Shown here one piece after another: positions 12,435 to 26,340 of a stretch of DNA of 64,000 bases (positions are counted from its first letter, which is position 1; every line of letters starts with the position of its first letter). Position numbers and translations under genes: made by a program. The notes beneath the pieces are model-generated. The model worked only from the letters and a program-made list of their open reading frames with translations, made no database searches and had not been told where the DNA came from. Source of the DNA: Paraspadella gotoi (taxonomy: Eukaryota > Animalia > Chaetognatha); the NCBI GenBank assembly GCA_051294375.1, contig CM119267.1, positions 6,658,367 through 6,722,366 on the forward strand. The letters are read 5' to 3'.

Positions 12435-13713
12435 TCTCTCTCTCTCTCTCGTCTTCTCTCTTCTCTCTCTCTCTCTATCCTGCTGAATTTGGTTTTTTTC
12501 CTCTTTTCGACCTCTTATTTCCTACCCCACGTGGCTCTGACGCCCTGTTTCCCTTCTTTTCGCCCTCTCTCGATTGGCCGCCGGCAGCCAACCTCATAAA
12601 CCATTCATCAAAATTTTCTCCTTTGTTCATCTTGAAAGTTAATTTCCGAAGGAATGTGATTAGAAAAATCCCGGAGTAAAAGCGATAACCGGGAGCGAGA
12701 GAGATAGGACTGGGGAATAAAGGGGAAGAGGGAGGAGGGGAAGACAGGATCTGCGCGAAGAAAGGAGGAATGAAAAAATGAGAAGGGGAAAAGAAAAGTG
12801 AGAGAAAGGCGTTATACTTGGATGACAGATAGAAATTATAGGAGTAGAGAGAGAAAGCGAAGCGAAGGAGAGAGAGAGAGAGATGAGAGAGAGAAAGAGA
12901 GAGAGAGAGCCCGAAGAGAGGCATATGAAGAAAGGTATAAAAAATGGGAGAACAAAATTAAGGGAAAAGATAAAATTGGATTTTTGATTCGGGTTTTTCA
13001 TAGCTACAATCAAAGACTTCTGTATTTCTCTCAGCAGCAAAAAATTCAAACTTTTTTTTGTTTTTTTGAAAGATTAATAACGCCATATTTAACGCCATAA
13101 ATAACTCGTTTATTTTCCTAATTTCCACACAAAACAAATATGAACGGGGTTTCTATCTATTGGGTTAAATTTCACTTAAGTGATTGAGAAAACAGCCACT
13201 CTCACCAGAAATAGCAGAAGAAATACTGTAAAATATGAAAAAAATAACCTTATGTTCTGTTGGAAAGTAAAAGATTGGTGTAAGACAAGCATGCCGTTAA
13301 CTTTTCATTGAATTGTAACAATAACAAAAACTAGCCCGAATTCTTGGAAAGTTGTCGTCTTTCGTATCGTCCGCACATATCGCTAGATTCGCGTCATGTC
13401 TCGTCCTCATCGAATCCTCGTTCGTCCTTTTTGAGCGTCCGTTGGGCCGTTTCGTCGTCGTCCGTCGTCGCCCGGAGGAAAACATTAAGACGAATTTCCA
13501 TACAGGCGAGTATCTCATATATGCAAGTATGGCGGTTCTGGAAAGAGAGAGAGAGAAGATGATGAGAGGAGAGAGAGGAGAGAGAGAAAGAGAGAGAGAG
13601 AGAGATTCCGGGAACGCAGGGCAAGACCGGAGAGTGCGGGAGCCTCTGGGACCTAGCGTGGGAGGGTGAGGAGGAGAAAGAGAGAGAGAGAGAGAGGAAG
13701 GAGAGAGAGAGAG

Positions 13714-13757
<44 letters not shown>

Positions 13758-16334
13758 AGAGAGAGAAAGAGAGGAGACACGTACTCAGTAAGTTTGTTTT
13801 CAAATGCTTTTTTTAATTGAAAACAATTTTTTTCCACTAACCATAGATTTAAAAATACGAATATGTATGTATTTTACAGCCTTAAGTAGCGGTAATTTCG
13901 AACATGTACTACTCAATATCATCTCAGAATACAAATTTAATTATTGAATTAATACAACGTCAAGTATAAGTCTAAGTATAGTCCAAGTCTAGTCTGCTTA
14001 CTTTTAAAGTCTTAACATTCAACTTTCACAAGAGGACGAATTATTTCAGAATTTGAAGTTCCACTCGGGCGCGCCCCATCCAAGTCCTGACTTGATTAGA
14101 TCATTACGGTTAACGGAACGCCTGGGGCGACGCAGTATCAAAAACAATATCTACTAGAAATATTGTTAATACCATTATTGAATATCTCTCTAAACCTCCC
14201 GACGACGATGGTTGATTAATGGAATCGTGTTGTGACGTTCGAAGGAGGCGAAACGAATGACTTTCACAGGGTGAGACGACGATGACGACGACGACAACGA
14301 GACGATACGACGACGACGACGACAAACGACGAGCGTCGTCTTTGGTTTGGCCCTTGAATCATTAAAAAAAAAAAGGATGGAAATATAAACTTAGGAACGA
14401 GATACTCCTGTTAATAAACCGGTTCTTTGGCGTTCGCGTTGAAGCGTCGTCGTTGTCGTTGTCGTTTGTCGTTTCGTTGTCTGTCGTCGTTTGTCGTCGT
14501 CGTACTCGCCTACATCGGCATTCGCCTCGTGTTTTTTTTTTTCTATTCTTTCCCCGCGAAGCATGTCTTCGTCGTTGTTTTTTCTAGTAGTTTCTTTCAC
14601 ATTAGTTTTTTGTTTATAAATTTTTAAATAGAAACTCACGAATCATATGATATTTATTTATTTCGAATTTATTAAAGCTATATTTTATTAAGCTCGATCA
14701 TCTTTTTCCAGACATTGACTGTAGATTCAAAAGCTTTTGGCTTTAAAGTGTCAACAATAGTTGCAAAGTGGCATATCGCTATTTCGGCCATTTCTCAACT
14801 TGCCCACCTGTCATTTCTAGCTGGAAAAAACATTCATTTTTTTCCCCCCCGTTTCGTCCCGCTAAGGAAATCTTCCATTGCCGCAATGCCAACGCTTATC
14901 CTCGTGCCCATGCTCGTCAATCAGTATTGGCTGTTATTTCTGTCAAGCGATTACCTCTCGCCCATTGTAGGCGAACATCCATTATATCGGTCAGCGGACG
15001 CATTTCCCCCCATCACCCCTCCAGCGCATTCGCCAAGTTGCGGCCGCGGAGGGAATTCGCTCAGCGAAGAATCCTCCGCTTCCCATTGGTCGGTTCTTCG
15101 CTCGCGCCCGCGGCATTCCGCATCCTCGGCCCTTTTTATACCACCCCCCTTATTCGGCCGGCCCCTCTTCGCCCCGCGTTCTTCAACCGGCCGAGGATTC
15201 CCGCCCCCTGGAGAGTCGCGCCCTCTCGCGTCTGCCCTTGGTCTCGTTTCTGGCGCGGGTGTCGAAGGTTGAGAATGCCGACTCGTGACGTCTCGCAGTT
15301 GGTTTTTTTCTTCTTTCGTTGTTGCTTTTCTTTACTGACGGTCACTGGCTGGAATTCTTAAAAAAAGGCGGAAGCGCGAGGACAATTTTTGCGGAGTGCA
15401 GTGCGGGGGCAAGAGGGGAAAGTAGAGATGGGGAGAGACGAATGAGAGATTAATGTGAGAGAGAAGAGGGGGGGGGGATTTTTAATCGCATTCATGATAA
15501 GTCGATTAAGTCATTACAAGATCCGCCTTAAATGAAGATTTTCAACGCCCTTCAATGAGTAATAAACAACAAACTTTTTTTTCTTCAAAAAATTTAATGA
15601 ACGGAGAGTCCGATTTAAGTTTTACATGAAGCTTCTCATTCAAAAACGTTGAACTTTTTTTTTTAACTAAAAATTCGTTTAGCTTTCACGGGCTTTCCAG
15701 AATCTCGCGTCCCTTTTTTTTTCATTTACGTATATTTATTTTATTCGAAAAAGGTGTTGAAGTGCGAGCGCTGTATAGTATATCATCTTTCGTAGTACTT
15801 ATTTCTAAAAAAACATTTTTCCCCCGCAACTCTCGACCTAAGATCCTCGCGGATCGAGACCTCACCAAATTCACCTCAACCCATGGGACTCGGGCGGAAA
15901 AGGACGGCGTTAATAGCGAAGCTCGCGCGTTGTTCTTTCGCCGCGGCGTTTGTTTTTTTTTTTCAGTGGTGGGGGGTAGGTCTGCTTCCGGCGTCGTTCA
16001 CCTTCTTTTTCAAACGACGTTTCCGCCGACGCTTTTTTCCTTTTCTCCTCTTCCAACTTCTTTCTTCTCTTTTCCCAGCGGCGCAAGTTTTACTTTTCGA
16101 GTTTCTTTTTATCCCTTTTTTTTTTTAGGCGGCGTCGTCGTCTTAACTATTTTCTTTCTTTCGTTTTCAAGTTTTCTTTCTCTCCTCACCCTTTCCTCCT
16201 CCTCTTTCTACTCCAACCTTCTATCCTCCTACTTATTTCGTTTTAGTTTTCGGGTAACTTGTGCCCGATTCTCCAGATGATTCTCAAAGTCTAATCGTGA
16301 CAGGTTTTATTTCTCCCCAAGTAATATCATTACA

Positions 16335-16430
16335 TTTTTTTTATCAAAGCCATGACCGGCGAAGCCGGTCAGGCTTGATATTGATTCGGGTGACTTCTTT
16401 GTGACGTCGTCGTCGTCGTCGTCGGCCGTC
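16335..16430. mobile_element. Helentron-associated (HINE/DINE-1-like) element end
   Basis: T-run, then stem-loop TATCAAAGCC(A)TGACCGGC-GAA-GCCGGTCA-GGCTTGATA (16342-16380), a short spacer, then a (GTC)n microsatellite. This order is typical of HINEs. Confidence 0.5.
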
Positions 16431-16989
16431 ACGGCTGTTTTTTTACTATAAAGTACTACGCTTTTAATAGGTTTGGCTTTGACTTACCGTTTTTTTTAAA
16501 ATAAACAATTATTATAAATTATGATAGAGTTTTACAAAGTGGTGGCAATCATATTAAGTTAAATTTAGATATGGCTTCTCAATTTAAAATAGCTTTGATA
16601 TTTTCTCATTACATTCTGGATTTAAAGTATTTTTTTTGTTTGAAATTTTCACTTCATTATGATTTACTTCGCAATATGCTAAATGAGATTATAGTACTGA
16701 TTATAAAACCAAATTAGTATATAGAAATGCTTTTTAAGCTAATTTACATATTGGCAGTATATAATATTGAAGATGAATTCAAAAAATTTTTTTTAAATTT
16801 CTAATAAAAATGGGAACTCAAAGGATTTTTTTAAATGAGAAGCTATATCTTAATTTTAATACCCAAATAAAAATAAATCATTTTACAAGCTGCGACTTGG
16901 AAAAATTGAAAAGTTCAACTTGTTAAACCATTGTAACATTTTTTGCCTTCTTTTATTTATTTTTTTTAATTATATATATTTTTTTTAGG

Positions 16990-19000
16990 CGGCTGCCTTT
17001 TCTGAATCGTTTTAAAAATCGAGTTCAGTTTCTTCTTCTGTCCTCTCTTTGTGTGCGAATCTCTTTGCGTGATCGTTCCGTGATTATGGGAAAAATTCTG
17101 ATTATTTTTTTCTTCAAAAAAAGCATATAATTTGAATAGGCGAGGCGCCTTTTTTGAATCGTTTAAAAAAAAACGAGTTCAAGGCTCTCTTCTCTCTCTC
17201 TCCCTCCGTCCTCCCCCTCCGTCTCTCTCTCTCTTCTCTCTCTCTCTCTCTCTCTCTCCTTTTTTACAAAAAAAAATTATTCACTTTGTTTTAACCACCG
17301 TTTTTTGAAAAATTCTTATTATTTCTTTCCTTTAAAAACTTTTATTATGCCATTTATTCCGCGCTTCTCTTTCTCAATACAAATCCCAAATTTAACATCT
17401 AATTTTTCGTGGATTTTTTTTGAGAAAAATGTGAAAGAATAACTTACTTGACCTGGAATTTCGTGGCCCGTTGCGGGGCAACGAGTAAACACTGTCGAAG
17501 GACGTGACTAATAAGCGTTTTGATGGCACGGAACGTTACGTGTATAAAAAAAAATCAACTTGACCCGAGATCACGCCGATATAGAACAAGAGTGACTAAT
17601 ATTGCGTACGTTGGCGGGAAAACTTTCTCTCTCTCTCTCTCTCTCTCTCTCTTTACTCCTCTCTCTCTCTCTCTCTCCTCTCCTCTCTTCTCTCTTCTCC
17701 TCTCTCTCTCTCTCTTTTTTTTTTAACAAAAAAAAATTTAAACTTGTAAACGAGCTAACGAGTTCCGGCTCTCTCTCTCCTCTCCTCTCGTCTCTTCTAA
17801 TCTTTCCTCTCTATCTGTTCTCTCTCTCTTTTCCTCTTTCTATCTCTTTTTTTTGTACAAAAATAATTTTAGTCACCATTTTTTTTTTTCACCTCCGTCA
17901 TTAAATACAAACGGAGTTCCGGCTCTCTCTATCTCTCTCTCTCTCTTTTTTTTTTACAAAAAAAATTTTTTAGTCACTTTTTTTTTTCAACAGGCGAACG
18001 AGTAAACGAGTAAACGAGTTCCGGCTCTGTTCAGCTTTTTCTCTCTCTCTCTCTCTCCTCTCTCTCTTCGTTCCTCCTCTCATTCTCTCCTGTCTCTCTC
18101 TCAAATGTACGATCGTTCGTTTTTTGCAAAATTCTTATTATTTTTTTTTCCTTCTAAAACTTTATTATCGCCATTTATTTTTTTTCTCTATACAAAATAC
18201 CAAATTTACAATCCGAGATTTTTATGGTATTCATTTTAGAAAAAATGCAGGCAATGTCCACATGTTACATCAGCTTGCTTGCCTGTACTATAGATGCTAT
18301 ATGTCCGGCATTTGCGCCGGCATTAAATTAAATTACATAATATCAACACTTTCTAACAAAACAAAATTTTTTTGTTTTTTGTTTATTTACTGTAACTTTG
18401 GAAACCGGGTCGGCCCATATTGGCAAAATTAATATCTAAAATAAGGAGTTGAGAAGAGAGATATTTGTCCAAATTAATACATTACTTTTTTTGTTATTCT
18501 AACAATTTTTAAAAATTTTTAAAATTGTAATTTTTTTTATGTATTATTTAATCATTTTTATTCTTTTTTAAATAATTAATTTGAAGTTGGGATAAATATT
18601 TATAAATTAGTTTAAATATGCAAATATGAAATTTGCCCCTCGGTCTGGTTTCTTTCTTTAAAAAAAAGACAACAATCTAAATTTCAATTCAAGATTAAAA
18701 ACTTTTTTAAGATGAGGAACATAAAATTTTTTTATAAGTAAAAAAAATATTAGAAAGAAAGAGTTCGTCCCTACTCAGATACGGTCGAAACGAGTTCAAG
18801 CTCTCTGCAGGGCGGTCCAGCTTTCTCTCTATCTTTTCTCTTCTCTCCTCTCTCTTCTCCTCTCTCTTCTCTCTCTTCTCTCTCCTTTTTTTTTCTTAAA
18901 TCTATTTAATTTCGCCATTTATAATTCCGCGCTTTTCTCATACAAAATCCAAATTTACATCGAATTTTCGTGAATTTTTTTTCTAAAAATTTTGATTATT
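16990..19000. repeat. Degenerate modular local repeats
   Basis: cgagttc(a/c)...ctctct followed by (CT)n recurs at ~17020, 17174, 17760, 17911, 18016 and 18790. gccattta...tacaaa...ccaaattta recurs at ~17349, 18170 and 18914. Confidence 0.65.
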
Positions 19001-19109
19001 CTTTATATAAAACGAGAGTGAAAACGACCAGCCTCTCTCACTTTTCTCTCTCTCTCTCTCTCTCGTTCTCTTCTCTTCATCATACACGCATTTTTTTGTT
19101 TTATTTACC

Positions 19110-19326
19110 GATGAATGCTCAATCGCGTCATGAATGACTATCATCCGGCATCAATGAATGATTTCATCATATCAATGAAATGATTATCATCCACATCAAG
19201 CAATGACTAGTCATCTGCATAATCATTGGATTTCATCACTCAGTTATTTATATCTTCGCATCAAATTAATTGGTTATCATCGCATCAATATTTAGTTATC
19301 ATCGCATTAATATTTGGTTACCATCG
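19110..19326. repeat. Degenerate ~22-bp minisatellite (catcaatgaatgactatcatcg-like)
   Basis: About 9-10 diverged units, with a short further run at ~19508-19550. Confidence 0.75.
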
Positions 19327-19427
19327 AAAGCTGCTCGATCCCTATTGCTTTTAGATTTTTCCCCCTAAAAATTCTGATTGCGTTTCGTTGCGGGGAAAAC
19401 TGGTCCAGCCAGCCTCTCTCTTCTCTC

Positions 19428-19463
<36 letters not shown>

Positions 19464-21626
19464 CTCTCTTTCCACACTCATACACGCATTTGTTTGTTTA
19501 TTTTACGATGAATGAATGACTATCATCGCATCAATGAATACTATCATCATGGCTTGATCCTTATCGCTTTTAAGATTTTTTTTATTTGTTTTTTTTTAAA
19601 TATTTCTTTATCTCTTCTCGCCATTTTGTGACTCCCACCTCGTTCCTTATTTCTCCCTTTTCCTTCGTCGTCTCTCTCCTTCCTTCGCCAATTTTACGCG
19701 TCGAGTTTTCGCGACATTAGAGAGTAATATTCTCTCTCTCTATCTCTCTCTTTCCCTCGGCTCTCTTCCACCTTTATTTTTGTGGAAAATGGAGCGAGAG
19801 AGAGAGAGAGAGAGAGAGAGAGGAGGGAGAGTCCAGTATCCCTGAGTTTCAACAATACATTTAAACTGAGATATTTTGATATGAAGAGTTAGCTCGTCAC
19901 TAAATCTACTACTTAATGGCCCAGGAAAATCAATATCGATGCGAATGTTAATGTTAATGGGTTTTGATGAGAAATATGACGAGGGCTTTTCCTTATAGCG
20001 AATAAAACTAATATTTTTTCCATTCTAGTTACGGTCACATCGGTAAGCTATCAACAAGTGTCCATTCGAACGTTATGACAACTTATTATGCACAAATAAT
20101 CAATCATAGTATGATCTAAACTATTTCTATAACTAAGTAAGTAAGAACTGATGATTTTAACGCTGAAACGAAAAACCTAACTAGTCTTTATTTGTGTGAA
20201 ACCGTAAAACCGAGAAGCATATCGTTACCGTGTGGCCGCATAAAAAATGGACGAATCAGAGCGCGAAAACCACTGATTATCGTCATTAGGAGTCCCTACG
20301 CGGTTCTTAGAAATCGAGGAAGACTTTTTCATGGAGAATTTTGTTAAAATCTTGACTAACCAAATAATGTCAACGCCCCTGGAAAAATTCAGTAAAATAG
20401 ATGTACACTCGATTCTCCGATCCTGTTGCATCTGAAGGGATCGCATTTTTTTTTCTCTTGAACAAATTAACATCATTTGACATCGACATTCGACAATGGA
20501 CTGGTACCGCTCGGGAAAATATTTTTTGATGCAATTTTTATAATATAAATAAGGGATTCTCAACTTCAATACAGAATGTCAACGCATTTAAGGTATGTTT
20601 GTCCTTACAATAACTCGAATTCAGGTAATCTGATAGCAAATGTTGAAGGGCTCTCAAAATTTTTCTTTACATTTCATTTGGTTTATTTGAATATGATACC
20701 CGATCAATGTTAAAGTGAATTAGTCCATTTTGGTGAAATTTTTATTTAAAGTAAAAGTAAAAGAAGGGAGCAACGTCGAATTCGAGACCGCAATTTTTAT
20801 ATTGCGAGTAAACCGAAGAGAAAAAGCTTTAACTTTAAGTTTGGTTCCTTTTTTTCTTTTTTTTTCGCAACCCAAACGAACCAAGTATGAAACACGCAAC
20901 CCATGCAAACCGCCCCGCAGCTTTGGTAAGTCTTTACAACTGTGCTCTCTCGCTTTGGTGAGCTTTTTTTTTCAACCCCTGGTTACTTTTTAGCAAGCTT
21001 TTTACCGCTTCGCTCTTATTTTGTTGTCAAGCAACGAACTGCCGTAATTTTTCCGTTACGCGCCGGATTTATTTTTTTTTGTTATGCTTTCCAAGTGTTA
21101 ACGGCTCCACTGGCGCCGCTTATATTTTTTTTAAAAAGAACTTTTTTAAAAGAATTCCATCGAACGGCCACGTTTTCGTCGTCGTCATCTTTTTCGTCGT
21201 CGTCGTCGTTGCCGTCGACATCTATCCATTGCCCCTCGTTACGTCGCCCGGTCGTACATTTGCTGAATTAAATTTTGGACCCTGGCTTTCCGCTTCGAGA
21301 CTGTTTTTTTTTAAGCAAAAAAAATAAAATGATTATATTTAATATTTAAACAGATTGAAATAAACAGGGGAAAATTAAACAAAAAGAATTTTATATTCCT
21401 TTACTATTCAGTTGACGCTTTCATGACGTCACTAAGCCATTTCATCAGAAAGTTTTTTTTTCTAAATTATAATAATTAAATGATAGATATGTAAAATGCT
21501 AGCAACTGTACAACGTATACTACAGAAAACGGATGACCTAAAAAATAACAGAAAATATCTACCCCTGGAAAACAATATAAAAAAAAATAAATTAAAATAA
21601 AAAAAAACGGAGGGAAATGGAGAAGG

Positions 21627-21848
21627 TTATAAATCATTTGGAACGAGCGTTGGATGTTGGAATCCCAGTCGTATTTCTCCATAAAGTAGGTCCGGGCGGA
21701 GCCGACGTTGAAGATGGTGGTGGTGGGAGGGCTGGGAGATAGAGGTGGGTGAGGATCTGAATTCGGGCTCGTTTGACGGGCGGTGGGGGCCGTGAGAAAT
21801 AGATAGAATGGCGTCCATCAAGAGGTGAGAAAGAAAACCGAGCGTAAT
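21627..21848 (-). CDS. Candidate coding exon of an unidentified gene
   Basis: Pyrimidine tract + CAG acceptor on the minus strand ending at 21849. GC-rich block in which one frame has strongly C-ending codons (TTTIFNVGSARTYFMEKYDWDSNIQRSF). Frame uncertain and no family recognised. Confidence 0.25.
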   Translation of the reverse strand: MTLGFLSHLLMDAILSISHGPHRPSNEPEFRSSPTSISQPSHHHHLQRRLRPDLLYGEIRLGFQHPTLVPNDL

Positions 21849-22373
21849 CTGACAGGAGGGTAGGAAAAGGGTCAGGATAAGAAAAAAAATAGGGAAAGAG
21901 TAAGGAAAGGGTAAGGAAAAAATAAGGAAAGGGTGAGAGAAAGGTAAGGTTGAAGGTTTTGGGAAATTAGGACAGGTCGAGAAGTGAACCGACGTTTAGT
22001 ATTCGGAGGAGAAATGATGAGGAAGAGAAAGAACCGTTGATATATGTTGGATTGTTGGTTTGTTGAATGAGTGAAACTGGAATGTTGATGATTATCATAA
22101 AAAGGATGATGATGACGGTGATTGTGTGAGGGTGATTGATGACGATGATCGTTATCGAAAGATCACGCCCGACCCTAAAAAAAACTTTTATAAATCAAAA
22201 TAGAGTTTCGACAACGGTAGTTACTGTATAAATACTTGTGTAATTGTGTGTTATATAAGAAATTTAGAATACAAATACAAATACAATAAAGAAAGGCGCC
22301 ATCTTTATCTACAAAACCACGAACAATTTAACAATGAAAATCCGATAAACATTGAGTGGAACCGACCTCGAAC

Positions 22374-22689
22374 ATGTCCCTTTGCGCTCGCGGGCCGATC
22401 CGAGATAAGGGGATGATTCCAGGGAGGCGTTGGCGGCGCTGGCGGCGCTGGCGGCCCTGGCGCTGTCGTCTTGTCTACATTCGCCCGTCATCGGCGCAGC
22501 ACCTTCGTCGCCGAGGGAGCCGCTGCCGCCCCGGGTAACGCCGACGCCTGGGCTGCTGTTGGAAAGAACCGTATTGGAGAAGAGAGAGATTAAGGCGGCG
22601 GCGTCGGTGCGGCGTCGGCGCGGCGTCGGCGACGGCGCCGTGGGGGCGGCGCGGCGGCAGCGGCGGCGGGACTCCAGATTCGACCGAAG
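22374..22689 (+). CDS. Candidate Gly/Ala-rich first coding exon (frameshifted by probable read errors)
   Basis: aacATG at 22374, a GGC/GCT-rich segment reading GGVGGAGGAGGPGAVVLSTFARHRRSTFVAEG..., and donor AAG|GTAAAC at 22690. Confidence 0.35.
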
Positions 22690-22864
22690 GTAAACGATTT
22701 TCTCGAGTGTAACGGGGATTTTTTTTTTTTGATTAATGAATGAATAACAATGGCGGAGAGTTAATGTTAATACGGAGAATGAAATGTGTCGCGACGGAAG
22801 TACGAGTTTATCATCCCTATGAATGAAAGAAAATAATCTCGGAATGAAATATAAACCAACTCAG

Positions 22865-22946
<82 letters not shown>

Positions 22947-22961
22947 CCTTTATCCACACAG

Positions 22962-23098
22962 ATGCGAACCCGCCTCGGCGTCTGTCCACTTATTTTCGAG
23001 ACGGCGTTCGTCCCGAGCGACCGTCGTGCGTGCGACAGAGTGTGCGCGCAACTGCGACGTCGCTTTGGGACCCGGGAGGCAGTCATCCGATTGAATGA
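22962..23098 (+). CDS. Candidate internal exon
   Basis: (CT)n tract + CACAG acceptor ending at 22961 and donor GTACGT at 23099. The phase-0 frame is open (MRTRLGVCPLIFETAFVPSDRRACDRVCAQLRRRFGTREAVIRLN). Confidence 0.35.
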
Positions 23099-24431
23099 GT
23101 ACGTGTAGTTGTCTACCTGAAAGCAAGGAGGGATTTAAATTGGAAAAAAAATCGTTTTTTAAAACTTATAAATGCACTTATAAACAAACGTATTAATTAA
23201 AAATTCGGCCTTTTTTTTTACCAAACCGCCTCATTTAATCTGAAATTCAGATTAAAATTGTTTTTTAGTTTAAGGGTTTGATTAGGTTAGATAAGGTAAG
23301 AGGTTTGGGATTAGGGATAGGGTTAAGTTTGGTAACAAAATAGGTTTGAATATTATGTTTGAAATTAAGTTCAGGGATTAATGAACGCAAATGGGGCGCT
23401 TTTGGAAATGAGTGCCGTTATTCGAAAATTTGGTTTTTCTAGACATCGGGCTGGATCTCGAGACCTCTGCGGGGTTGAAGGCAAAGCAATTTGTTCAAAC
23501 GTCTCTACAAAATCAAATTTAAGCCCGGGTGTAAAGAGGGTATAGGACTTTTTGTTAATATATCGTGTAACAATTTAATTTCAGCATAGAAACAAAAGTG
23601 TTTTGGTTCACTCAAGGTTTTCTTTTCAAGGTCTTTCAAGCCTCTGAGCTCGCAGCGTCCGCATCAGCTTTCTTGTCTTCGTGTCTCAGCGCCTCAGAGG
23701 TTCGCTTTTTTATTCGAGACTGTTTTTCAGTTGCGCAAACAAATGCGATCACGTGATGAAACAGTTATTTTAGTTGATACTTTAAAGATAAGTGATTAAC
23801 TACGAATGTGATGCTTGTTGTGAAACACCTTGAACCTCCGAAATCCTATTTGTTATTTTTTCCCCTTTAATCATCAATTTTTGATAATTCTTTAGAAATT
23901 TTGAAGGGTCAAAGAAAGTTGCATTTGAATGGGTTAAGGTCGATATTTAAAATTATTATTATAATTTTTTTAAATTTGGAAAAATTAAACTCTATAGTAT
24001 ATAATATATATTACCTTCCACCTCTAACGAGGCGTCCCCTCCACTTTTATCGCCGCCACTGTTTCGTTTCCGGTTTAAATTTTCGCGTTTAATTAACGAC
24101 CAAATTCGAAAAGATTTTTTCTCTCTTTTTAATTTCGTCCTTTAAAATATGCAAAAGGAAAAAGGGAGGACAATATTACTCTGGGGAATAATGACTCAAC
24201 GAAAGTTGAAAAGGGGATTCAAAGTCATTTTGGGGATGTCGCTTTCTGAAATCAGGGTCATTGGTCAATGGTCACACCCAATTTTTGAGAGTCACAATAA
24301 AAAAAAATGGAGTAGATATCAAAGCCGCCACCGCCCTCGTAGCCGCGCTTTACTCTTCCGGAAAGAAAAAGGCGAGAATAGAGAGCATTCCAGAGTTTAG
24401 TGCTTCAGATAAGATACGCGTACAGAGAGAG

Positions 24432-24464
<33 letters not shown>

Positions 24465-24920
24465 AGGAGAGAGAGAGAGAGAGAGACCGAGACCCATAGC
24501 GCGCGGGCGAGCGATTCCATTTTTTCCCCGCCCATCGTCCGACGGAAACCTTGATTCTTTCCCGTCTGCTAAACTGGCCCACGCGAAAAATAGAAGGGTG
24601 GGGGGGGGTGATTGGGGGGGGAGAAGAATAAGAGTAACGACGGCAGTAGTGGCCTTCGAGAGCTGGTAGAATGGGTTTGTTAAGAGGATTGATAAAGAAA
24701 GAGCGCAGTGGTGTGTAACGGGGGCGAATGGAGATCGTATCGAAAATTGGGCTAGGGACATGACAAATAAAATTTATTTGTATTTCCATTGATGGTATTC
24801 TAAATGGTGTTATATGTTATATAGTATAATATAAATAGTCGATATTTAGACATACTTTTAGCATACGGCATGCATTTTCTGAGAGAAGCGTGGCTCTAAA
24901 ATCGACATCGAATTGTAAAG

Positions 24921-25054
24921 ATGGCGAACGATTTGGCGAATCATCAGGCGGCCTCGACTTCCCCGCCTTCTTTTCTTCGCCAATTATTTCGACTGGATCG
25001 TTAGGGCGGGAAAAATCTCGTCAAAGATCAGCAAGGTCGGTGGCCTTTGAGCTG
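24921..25054 (+). CDS. Candidate internal exon
   Basis: GC-richer block with an open frame (GERFGESSGGLDFPAFFSSPIISTGSLGREKSRQRSARSVAFEL) ending at consensus donor GTGAGT (25055). The acceptor is weak. Confidence 0.3.
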
Positions 25055-25895
25055 GTGAGTTTTAAGTTTTACGAGCTTAGTGTTAAAACTAGACCGTTGT
25101 GTTGGGAGCTCCACGTTGAAGTTAGACAGTTGAGTGTTGAGAGCTGCATGTTAAGTTTTGAGTGTGGAGTGTAAGGAGTCGAGTTTTCTTCATTTCCATC
25201 CTATTTTTGTGCCAGGCAGTTTTTAAGTCAAATTAATTCATTAGTGAATAGTGATATACAAGACTGCATAAGCTTAAGGACCTGAGATTTAAACCGATGT
25301 CCATAGATAAGCGACAATCAAGATTAAATGGGGGAAAATAAATCCATTTTGGATTTAAATCCGATTGGCTTCACATTGGCAAGTGGCAAAAATTGTAAGA
25401 AAAGTGCCCTGTGGTCTGAATTTAGTTAGGATTCTAACTGGAAAGGAGGATGAGAATTCTATACCAATTCAGAGACGCAAGTCTTAACGTAAGTCTGAAA
25501 AAGAATTAAATTATGCAAAATCATAACAAAACGTTTTGTCAGCAACAGGTCAAAAATTTTAATCTTTTTGTTAATCAATCCTTTGGTTACAAAAAAAAAA
25601 CACGAAAATTAAAACTAAAACTGATATTGTATTGTATTTTTTTGCGCGAAAGTTGAACGAAATCCTGCAGCAGTCCGTCGGCAACCGAGGGTCGCTCGTA
25701 ATCGCCCGCCCCTGACTCATTAGCCTTTCTTCTACTCACTCGTTCGGCCCGACCTTGGATCGCGGGAGGCGGTTAACCCATTTCATCCACGCTTGTCTCT
25801 TAATAGTAAATATGTGTTTGTGTGAGAGAGAGATAGAGAGAGATAGAAAGAGATAGAAAGAGAGAGATAGAGAGAGAGGAAAGGATATTACGTAC

Positions 25896-26340
25896 CTTCT
25901 CCTTTCGGCCGTAGCTTCTGTGATCGTATCTTCGTATCTTTACTTCCGGAACCGTTGTCTTCTTCGTCATCGTCGTCGTGGTCGTCGTCGACTCTGTGTA
26001 TATTCGCTTCGGCATCACCGCCTGGGGAGAAAGAAGAGTCATTAACTCGGAGGTGCGATTCTTCCGCCGCCAGCGTCGCCGCCGCCGCCAGCTCCGCCCC
26101 CAACTTCCGCCGCTATTTATCCCACTTTCGTTCCTGCTGCCGCCGCAAACGCCATCTTCCGATTCTCGGTCCCGCGCCGTCTCCGATCGCCTCGTTGCCT
26201 CGTCCATCGACTCCCCTCGACATCGATCTTCCGACTGTCAACATTCGTACTTGGCCGATTCCGATTTCTCAAGTCTTCCACTTTCTACGCCGCCTCGACC
26301 GCTTCAGCGGCCGCCGCCGCCGCCGCTGTCGTTCATGCGT
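25896..26340 (-). CDS. Candidate low-complexity exon (Gly/Asp/Ser-rich)
   Basis: GC-rich block ending at AAG|GTACGT on the minus strand (25895). Overlapping partial ORFs suggest indel errors. No family recognised. Confidence 0.25.

Noticed and set aside
20225-20600. Protein-like decayed reading frames
   Set aside because: Multiple stops on the plus strand and no recognisable family on either strand.
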